Source: Tubulanus polymorphus
Taxonomy: Eukaryota > Animalia > Nemertea
Direction of reading: 5' to 3'
DNA length: 64,000 nucleotides
Assembly (NCBI RefSeq): GCF_964204645.1
Contig: NC_134027.1
Coordinates: forward strand, 5,178,485-5,242,484
The position numbers were made by a program, and so were the translations under genes. Below the pieces are notes generated by a model, which saw nothing but the letters and a program-made list of their open reading frames with translations, was not told the origin of the DNA and ran no database searches. Positions 54,078 through 64,000 of this stretch are shown here, piece by piece. Numbering within the stretch: position 1 is the first letter of the stretch; every line of letters begins with the position of its first letter.

Positions 54078-56098
54078 TGTTGAATTCTCGTTTTTTCCAG
54101 TTCCTTTAAAAAAAACGTAGCATTTTCATTACGTAATTGTACGAGAATGACCCGAAGTTATTCCCCGCACATATCTAACATTTTCTATAAACAGATTTTA
54201 AAAACCCCCCTCCATATTATGCATTCATCACTCAAGAAAATAATACCTATTAAGTTCACATTCATCAACAACAGTGCACAGTACCAGAATTTCGCAACCA
54301 GTTCAATATTTTCCTTGATAATTGACCTTTGCTATTTTAGAAAATAATACGAGAACGGAGATCGACCGAGTGAATGTGAAATGTCGAAACGTTATCGCTT
54401 GAAATGTGTCAATTTTATCAGTTTTGGGGTTTTAAGGAAAATTCTAGTGACACGAATAACAATATTATGTTTTCATTAATTGGACCTATTCACGAAGATT
54501 CAGTTTCAATCGTTGAAACGTTCTACATCTATTATACTATAACGCGCAAATACGTACCAGAATCCTAGGATGCACCGTACTATTGTGATTACTAGAACCA
54601 TGCAGTGTGATGAATTTAAGTAATTACGCTCTGAAGATACGAAACTGACGAGTGAGATTAACATAATCTTCACGTGGTCAGTTCGTGGTCAGTTTCCCCA
54701 TAATATTTCACGCAACCCGCAGATATTCACGTGCAGAGAACGTGTCATTGAGTGATACACACGATCCATAATCAACGTAAACTGACAAGGACATTGACCT
54801 TGTCGACGCTGAGCACATTCCGAAGAGAAAATGTTCGAATATGATTCTTTATTTGAAACATAACTCATAACTCATAAACATCATAGTGTATTCAATGTTT
54901 ATTTCGACTTCGTACGATAGAACGACCGTACCGCACGTGTGCAAAACGCACAAACAATTTTTATACACTTTTGGAGCTACGCCAGTGAAACCGGAGCATC
55001 TCGAGGCCGTAGAAGCTATAAATCCTACGATAAATGTTGAGACCCAGTAACCAGATGATTTTTTCATATGACCAATAATAAAATACACTCATAAAAGCGT
55101 CAAACGGCAAATGTATAAATTGCAGAAAGCACAAGAATAATGTTATAAGAAAATTTCTTCCTAAGCATACTGATATACAGCTTGTTATTCCAACTCTACT
55201 GATACGTATATCTTCGGAGAAATCATTCTGACTCCTTAAAGGCATGGATATAACTAAAAAATGTTTAGATTACCTGCGGGCATTATCACGCAATCCCTCT
55301 CCGAACCAGTCTCGAGCTCTAATAGGGACATATCAAAAAATGAAACGTTTATAACCGTGTTAGATTTTAAGGTCGCACGAAACTTCATCTGTTAACTACT
55401 GATTGGCCAACATAACAAATCGAAGTTCATTATAAAACAATAGCCGATCGCCAATCAATCGATTGATAATCGTTAATCAGTATCTAGGAACAAGATCAGG
55501 TTTCGAGTGGTGAATGATAAGACATTATAATAAGGCAGTTAAACATGTTGATGATGTCTTCTCATTCGAAGCATATGTCAAAGGATTTGACGTATCTTCT
55601 AGAATCATCAAAATATAACAAATAAACTCATGCCCTACAACAATCTTCACGAAACTTGAATTACATTGTTGGTCATCTTTTTACTCGCAAATGTAAATTT
55701 TTTTGCACTAGTTATTCCCAAATTTCTTAGATAAATAAAATTGGCTATCAAAGATTTTAGTTGGATGAATGCAATCGAAAATGGTGGGTTACGATGTCCT
55801 AAACACAGGTCAGTATAGAGTATGGAATCCACCGCACATAAAATATCTTTTATATCAACTCGAGTGTGCCTGATAATATGTTAGTTTTGATACTGCAATC
55901 GTTACGAAATAGCTTGCAACAACAATATTTGAAGAAAAAAAATTCCGATACGAGATTACTTTGACTAACGAAAACGTGAAAAATTATGAAATAAATCTGT
56001 AGATAAACTATAAAATTAGGACAAGTCCTCGAGAAAAAGATAGCGACGAAAAAGCACTTCTGCAATAGCCATAAAACTGACATGAATAATAAGCTTAC

Positions 56099-56254
56099 CT
56101 CTCAGTTTCAACGATAGCAAAATATTTCTGTAGCTTTCGGACGATATTCTATTGAAACGCTTCTACATGAAATGTCCTTTTGTTTTGAGCTCTGGTTTGG
56201 TGGATCGTGTTTATATATTATTGTAGAGCGCAATCAGCTGACTGTTTACACGTG
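56099..56254 (-). promoter_or_regulatory. Candidate HDHD5 TATA promoter and non-coding first exon
   Basis: Minus-strand TATATAAA at 56217-56210, CACGTG at 56249-56254, and a strong donor GAG|GTAAGC at 56099/56098. The ATG-containing exon has an acceptor at 54104. Confidence 0.45.
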
Positions 56255-59200
56255 GACATCAACCTTCAATTTCTAGGTACGACCTGATTAGATTTCCAGG
56301 ATCTAGTAAACACAGTAACACGCAGTTTGTTATGCAGTACTGTTGTACTTGTTTACGATAAGCACATGCTGTAAAAATATATCATAAGAAAACCTTTGGT
56401 AGAATTGAAAGAACATGCATATGTTGTTTTGCGGAATAAGAATAAGAAAACGACGTAAAGGCCTTTGATACTATGCATCGTCGGTGATGATGACATTTGG
56501 TGTCACTGTGTTGCTTTATTATATTTTGAAGACGCATCACATCGTCATCAAACGTGTTTACGGGTTTATGAGATGATGATATTCTGCATCTCCGAAACCT
56601 GATATGTTTTTTTACACTACAGGCATTTTGCGCTATGCCAATGAACTAGCTATCCCGGGTTAAGAAAAATGTTCCATGAAAATTGCTGGAAATTAGCGCA
56701 TCAATATTTACTGTGTCGAGGTCGCTCTTTTCAGGATTCGCTCAGCTGTTTCGTGATCAGAGAATGAAACATATGGAATTGTGCACGTGTTCTTATCACG
56801 GGATAAATTTTTCTTCATCTGCGCCTAGGGGTGTTTTAGTTTTACGATTTTTGGCCTCATGATCTTATCTTTGATGATAAACGTACTTTTGGCTACTATA
56901 CATAGTATGATACTAGAGACTGTCACTATTAGCCCCCATGCACACAATGTGGGGATTCTAAAATCCTGGCACAAAGCCATGTTATTAGTACGTACTTTAA
57001 TGGGAGGGAGTAATAATTCAGTGTAGGCTACGTGATGGAATTATACATTTATTTCTATCACGACTTGTCCTCGTGGACATAATTCATGAGCATAAACTGG
57101 TACAATCTAAGAGGCCACTATAAATCTCACCAACATATTTTCGATATCCTCAAGAATCCAGAGTGGCACAATAACCGGATTCCTACCCAGTTTTGAATCC
57201 CTACAAAATGCCTGAAATAGAAAAACCAGGGGAAAAACTGCCACACGAATTTCTTTTCTAAATAAGCCTATTTCAATTCTATTTTATCCGAGAATTATTC
57301 CTTCGTTGATTTAGTTAAGAGATATATTCGCCGAAAAGTGAATATTGATTTTGAGGTTTTGAGAGGACTTCAATTATGCTTATCAAGTATATGTTTGTTT
57401 TCTGCCATAGAAGCGCTCAAGGTCGACAAATAAGAAGCCATAACATCGTAAATAAAAGAAAACAGTACACATTAAATGGAGAACTAAGTAATCATCGGAT
57501 ACGTATTTTGCAATCAGTAAACAAAAAACAGCGGTGGAGTGTTAGTTCTAGGAATTCTAGGCACTCGGCAATTCGCCCTTGAAAATACTACAAGGTTAGA
57601 ATTTTTCGTTTTCTTGCCCTTACTCTTATCACTGACGCTATTGTTTGATATCGTTAACAACTTAATATAATGTAGGAAATGTTTGATGTTTTTGGTATGT
57701 ATAAAACATCGTTATCCAATGCTCGAACTTGTATTGTCAAAAGTGAGCATTCGTTGAAATAAATTGAAAAAACAACAATGTCGTCGTTTGCCCTTTGGTG
57801 AGATCTTTTTACGTTTTTATCCAATTGACGCTAATTCGTATCTCTGAAGATAAGATTGTTGCAATCTTTGTCATTTGAACATTCGAGAACAAAGTGTAAA
57901 TATCATAATAACCTAAAATATGTGCGTCTTTGAAAATCTTTGATTGTCATAATATAATGTTGTCAAATGGTTACAAAAATTGGATTTTGTTCTCGCGCGG
58001 TCTTATTTACCCAGATAACGGTAGTAGAAACGACTGTTAGACTTCACAATCGTAGACAACGAGAATGTTTGCTACGCAGAAAGGTCATCTTCCCATTTAC
58101 GAATTCTGATAAATGGCCAGACAATATTTATGAGTAGTTTTTATGTGACATCAGTTGTTGAAAACATAAACTATATGCCCCAGTAGCCTAGGCATGTGTA
58201 TTCATATATGTTTAGAGAAATACTCGCGAGGGAATTGATGTAATTACGCGGCAATTCAGTAATTGAAAATCGCTTGTTTGGTTTGGTTATGCCATATTCG
58301 TTAAATACAGCTGTTTTTATCGCAGTAACGACGTTTGCTGCAATGCAGCTATAGCTGGTGTATATCGCAGTTGTATGTTTCAAAGGCGGCTTTACGGTCA
58401 CAGGCGACGCGTTTGCGATTGGTCCCTCGCTATCTGTTCGCTATATCGATCCTTAATTTAACTCTGTAAAGATGTCTGAACGTAAGTTATATTCGAGAAA
58501 TCAAAAATCTCTCGTTTATCTGGTTGTGGGAACAGTTTTGTCACCTATTTGTTTCTATCTGAATTTATATCAACGCTTAAAGCAATATTACGTTATCTGG
58601 TTTACATTGACTATACCTCTTCATATAGGGACGCGGAAATTACATTCTTCCTTTGTCAGTCGGGAAATTTAATATAAATCTTAACCAGTAAGGAACAGGC
58701 TTTATTAAAAATACGTGACATATGTTGTACAGAAGAATTCTTTATTCAGTTCTGTCTCTACATTAGGATGAAGCAATATGTCGGAATCCGCCAGTATTGA
58801 TACAGATAACAAAAGGTTACCCATACGTTTTTTCCAACTAAGAGATGGTAAGGTTTGAATATGGTTGAGGGCAAGTGATGAAGTAACCATGAAATTAGTT
58901 TAGTAAAAGCGGTGACAAGGTATCATAGTAAAGATTGTAGGCGAGTCATTGCCGGTGTCCTAAACCTTCCGGAAATTGAACCTCTTAATATCGTGTCCTG
59001 TTTAAAGCTGATTTCTTAAGAGTTTGTAGACATTTATACTGTAGATAGTCACTGGATACAGACAGATATGTCTGCAAAGAAAAACACCAAGCCCACGCAC
59101 AATATCACGGTGATTAAACTATCGATTTCAAATGAAATTCTCTAACGACTATAAATGATATCGAATATGTCATTTCAACATATTCAATATGCAATTATCA

Positions 59201-61564
59201 AGAATGATAGCTACCCCAAGGTTATATTTGCTTTTCGTGATGTCGAAGATGGCAGTTCAGACTAAATCATCATATTGCCATTAAAAACCCCTACTGAATG
59301 TTATTGAGGCGTTAATTTCAGGCACGGTAACAGCTGTATATGGCAATGTGTGTGACTGTACCAGAATTATAGGCTATATCCAATCAATACGTGGGATAAT
59401 AATGTCAATGTCTCGCAGTACTGCAGCCTATACTCAATTCAATATACTGAAAACTGTTCTGATGCGGCGGTCGCGTCGCCATTGAATTATGGGGTCGAAT
59501 GTCGGCCAATGAATGGTTTATACGACACAGTCCATCTCATTGGTCAGATATCTCTTATTTACGCCTGCTTTTCGTTTTTATATTTTTATACAACAGAATA
59601 AGCCACTGTATAATACATATAAGCTACAACCCGTATTATCACCATGCTGCTATACTTTTTCATTATTGTCTCTGGACAATAGAGATCCATGAAAACAGAT
59701 GCGGGGAATTGAGCATATATATCTATGTAGTTTATTACTTAAAAATTGCACCAAATTTCCCTATATCACGTATAACGTTATTCCCTGATTAAAAGATGAG
59801 ACCCCTTTTACGTCTTTTGGTAATTCGCCTTTTTTAAAAGGTAACGAAAGTGATTTCAGTTATTTGAAAACGCCATTAATGCAGTTTATTCGTTGTCACT
59901 TTTATTATTACGCATATGAATTAAGAGGCGGGTATGTTATCGACATTTAGAAACCATCAGCTGGACATCTTATTACATCAACCAACGGTAACATATGTTC
60001 ATCAAACCAGTCACTTCTCTTATATCACTTAGTAAATATGTCATACACATCACTTTATTAACCCATAATTCGGACGATTCTGGAACATGAAGAGGATCCA
60101 GTCGTCCCGGTGTTTTGTTTGAAAACACTCCTGTACTGTTGTACGCTTTATTAAATCTTGGAGTATTAGATGTACCATGCAAATGCCGTGTATGTTAATA
60201 TTTGAATATAAGACAACAGATTATTTGAAGACATGAAAGAGAGCAAAAGCAGCAGTTTGGAGCGACTTAGCGAGGATTTGAACTGTATGTGACCATTCAG
60301 TGTAGTTATATCATCTCAGAAAACGATGAGATATATGTATATATTTTACAAAATACACATATTGTATGTGCAAAGAAAAGAATTGATTCCGAGTGGATAT
60401 ACTGACGAATAGATTTAAACTTGTATCGAAGCTTCCAGCGGCTACATTTTGGAAAATCAAATATTTGAAAATGACGGACCCCGATCACACAGAGGTTATT
60501 GATTGTGATGGAGATTACGTTACATCAATGCCTGTAACCGAAGCTGCAGGTAAATGCTTTTGAAACAAAAAATTACCACATTCATCAGGAATGATTATTG
60601 TCGAAATGCGCTATCGAAAAAAGTGGTTTTGGTATAAGGTAGACTAGTTCCGTGAACAAACGGAAGTTAGTTGATAATTGTTAGTCGTTAGTTATCGCAT
60701 ATATTGGGCTCCAGTATATAATTGTAGCAACAGCATCGGAAAAGGAGTGTTCGCAAAAAGGATTTGTTGTTAAATTCCGATATGCGCATCTCGATTTGTC
60801 CATAAAGTATATACGTATACACACGTATATAACTCAATAATTCACAATCATCTCAGTACATGATAATTGCAATTTATAAATTGTTTCCTAAGGGAATGTT
60901 GAGTACGGATATTATCGTTGTAGTGTTATTACTTTGTTTCTGGGCTCGACATCGGCTTCAACGGGTGAATTTAGAACTGACTCGATTGCTGAATTTCCAA
61001 GGGTGTGGTGAAATTATGGTTTAAGCCATTCGGATTATGTACGGATATATATATCAGGTCGCAGGACAATACAATTCTTCAATCGTGATCTATTATGTTT
61101 ATGTTTTGTCATATAAATGTTCGCACGACGTATGTGTCTGTTCAAGTATAAATGTCAGAGTCTGTCTGAACAAAGTAAAATGCGAAAAGCGCTCGATTTC
61201 ACGTGTTACAAATTTAGCACATTGATATAAACGGACTAGACGAATATGCCTCCGTCCGAGCACCGCGACCATTCAATATTAACTCATGGTAATCCATTTA
61301 TTTTCAGATGTTGTTTCTACTGTTCGATAAATGCACTGCTAAAACTATTTTGCATATCGTTCTAAACTTCCTGAAACATGAATTGTATATGATATACGTG
61401 TAATTAATCATGATTTGTTTTTTTCCTTATTTTAGTTCCAACGTCAGCCTGGATATTCCTTACGGTCATTGGTATATTTCTGTTGATGTTAATGTTGGCA
61501 TTTTTATACCTAAACAAAATGTTATGTTTTAAATCATGCGGTGGACGAACTTGCATTGATCTAA

Positions 61565-61639
61565 GCAGAGAATCGGGTATGTTTCTCGTGGCTCGTTTCT
61601 GCGTCAGGTGGGGTTCGAGCCCCACCTTCTCCCGGTTTT
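61565..61639 (+). ncRNA. Candidate structured or Pol III element (two hairpins, B-box, T4)
   Basis: Hairpin 61565-61602 with G-U pairs, perfect 8-bp hairpin AGGTGGGG-ttcgag-CCCCACCT (61606-61627) containing the B-box GGTTCGAGCCC, then TTTT. It does not fold as a cloverleaf. Confidence 0.25.
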
Positions 61640-62514
61640 ACTTCGCTCGGCTTCTTTAGTTCTGATCATGTCATTACAATAACGCGTTTGATTTTTTAGG
61701 GTCTTCGAAGCAGTACGGTGAACTGTCTGATTCCTCTGACGAAGACGAAGATGAGAAAAAAGTGCCTTTAAAATGATCGTAAAGATTCGCGATTTGTGCT
61801 TAGAATTTATATTCATCGTTATACATACAGAGAACAAAAAAATTATGGACTTCACGAACACGAAAATTTCGTCAGACATCAACATCGTTCTCAAACGGAT
61901 AGAAACGAAATCCACTTCTCAGCGCGTCGATTCAGCTGCGATGGAATCTCGGGATTTTGTCAATCTGTCAGCACATTCTGTAATACTTGTTGCGAGAAGA
62001 GATTGATAATCGTGATGGTTTAGTTACACCGAGAAAGTCCACCGTTTTGGGTCAATGAAGTTGTTTTCTAAGGATGATCAGTGACTCTTGACGCAATGTA
62101 GTATATGTACTATTCGGACCAAGTACTTAGTTGAAAAACTGGGATTTAATGTGATAGTTATGCGTGTGAATGGCTTTCATCTCTTGACTTGAAATCAATT
62201 GATTTGAATTCGATATTGTTAATCAATTAAACTTGTGTAGAAAAGTGCACATTATAATTCAGTTTAATATGTTAACATTTCGAGGAGTTTCCCATCATTC
62301 TAAATTGACGTTATATATTATAGAAGAAATCCATGTATGTATTTATTTAATTAACGTTATGGGTTCAAAATATCAACAGGTGTTTCGTTGTTAAATGTCG
62401 ATATATTTTATCGATTAAATATATTATTTATTATATACACAATATCTACACACCAGCTGTTAACACTTATTTCGATGTACATCTAGATATGTATTTTGAA
62501 AATTCCTAGAAATG

Positions 62515-62622
62515 CGACGGTTACGACGGTTACACCAGCGCCATCTTTTGTATTCGAACTCGAACCGTTTTAGCTCTGAAATGGCGATCGTCCTGATCTG
62601 AAACGGCGACAGTACTGATTGG
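62515..62622. promoter_or_regulatory. Promoter-like CpG-richer patch with YY1 and CCAAT motifs
   Basis: CGCCATCTT (62539-62547), AAATGGCG (62579-62586), ATTGG (62618-62622), and tandem CGACGGTTA x2, directly after an AT-rich tract. Confidence 0.35.
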
Positions 62623-64000
62623 ACACACGAATGGAGAATGTACTTGATGACATGAGGTGTATATTGACACTGAAACAGTTGCTATATGATGCTATTAATG
62701 GAGACGGGTTACTCTCGTCAATCCAGTTGTTTATTGATCACGATCTCCCGTAAATGTTAATTTCAAATTCTATTACCGGCACGGATATAAACAGTAATGA
62801 AAAGAAAGTGAATGAAATAGTCAGCGCCTCTGTGAGTCTGGTTCACAAACATGAGGAAAATCCACCGTCTATTTGCACACTTTCCGCTTATATCGATTCA
62901 ACATTTCTAACGATCGTTTGTTTCAAACATTAACTGTAATAGAAACCTTATAGAGTACAATCGGCGATAACAGCCAAGAAAACCATAGAATTTAATTCTA
63001 AACCGTAGAAATCTTATTCGAAAAAAATCATTATGGCAAACCAATCTATCGTTTATTGAATGTAGAACCACAGTTTGGATTATACAGAAAAACCCTAGCC
63101 CTCGCGCTGCAGCTTTTTGATGATGCACAGAAAAGCACTTATATGATCATACACTTCAGACCCTACATCAGTTCCACGAGAGATAACTTAATAGATCCGA
63201 TGATTTAAGGTGTCGATTTCAGCTGTGAGAGAAAATCAATTCGCGATCACTTGTCTCTCAGCCGTCGGTGTGCTAGGAGTGGGGAATGAACGGAGGAGCG
63301 CACTGAGGGTGTATGTCATCATTGAGCAAAATGACTTTGATATCTGTCATATTCAGTTCATAAAAAGGTAGGTCTCAGATGAAGCTTCATATAGATTTTT
63401 TGCGAACATCTCCAAGAGCGTCCATAAGTGTATGTGTTATAGTTATATATGCGTTGATTTCTTTCTATTGTGCAAAAGGTGACTTAAAAATATGTATACC
63501 GGGTAAAATTGATTGGTTATTCATATTACAATGTTGTGGGTTGATTTATTTATTGATCATTATTTCATATCTTATACTGTGTCGGGTTACTTACGATTAT
63601 TTCGATTTTTCGATTATTTTTGTACCGAGTTTATCAAAAGAATTTTAAAAAACAGGATATACCATATCCATATTAGAATCGAGAGAGAATTGAGATACTA
63701 ATACTAAGAAGAAGGTTCAAGATTCATAGTCAAATAAATGTTTTGTTGTCCTTGATGTCCTTGCTCTGCCTAATTACCAAACCGACAAATTATTCTATCA
63801 AACTTATGGAAGATATTAGCCATTCATCTTCAATATGCTAGTAAGCAATTTCAGTGCTAGTAATAATGTGATTCAATGGACCTCTCGTAGTTGATATGGT
63901 AGTTGATCCGATCGAATTGCCTCCAGCACTCGCTTATAATCTATCCAGAATATATATGATATGATGTTTGCTCCTGGATGTGGATGGATAATTTAGCCAT

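Noticed and set aside
59973-60182. ORF MHGTSNTPRF...LDPLHVPESSELW as a coding exon
   Set aside because: TTG start, weak donor, no convincing acceptor and no recognisable similarity.
61583-61655. Functional tRNA gene
   Set aside because: No cloverleaf on either strand; retained only as a B-box hairpin candidate.
1-64000. Hammerhead ribozyme cores (CTGATGA...GAAA), CRISPR arrays and prokaryotic systems
   Set aside because: The CTGATGA hits I checked lack stem II followed by GAAA, there are no regularly spaced repeats, and the DNA is spliced eukaryotic sequence.

Overview
AT-rich (~35% GC) eukaryotic DNA with many short introns, most likely from an invertebrate animal. I reconstructed four protein-coding genes by hand from splice signals and phase consistency. 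(1) A spliced ~672-aa gene I do not recognise (minus, 119-2746). (2) An FBXL8-like F-box/LRR gene with an intronless CDS (plus, 2886-4085), head-to-head with gene 1. (3) A complete 21-exon RECK orthologue (minus, 8576-49937, ~953 aa) with a ~26.9 kb first intron. (4) An 8-exon HDHD5/CECR5-like HAD hydrolase (minus, 51438-54077) containing a clear U12-type minor-spliceosome intron. I see no intact transposon, rRNA, canonical tRNA or CRISPR array, and no firm evidence of a new multi-gene system. The most notable signals are the orphan gene sharing a ~140 bp palindrome-rich spacer with FBXL8, the U12 intron, an E-box/D-box cluster around the HDHD5 5' end, repeated RFX X-box-like motifs in RECK introns, differential conservation of RECK functional surfaces, and two candidate structured RNAs.
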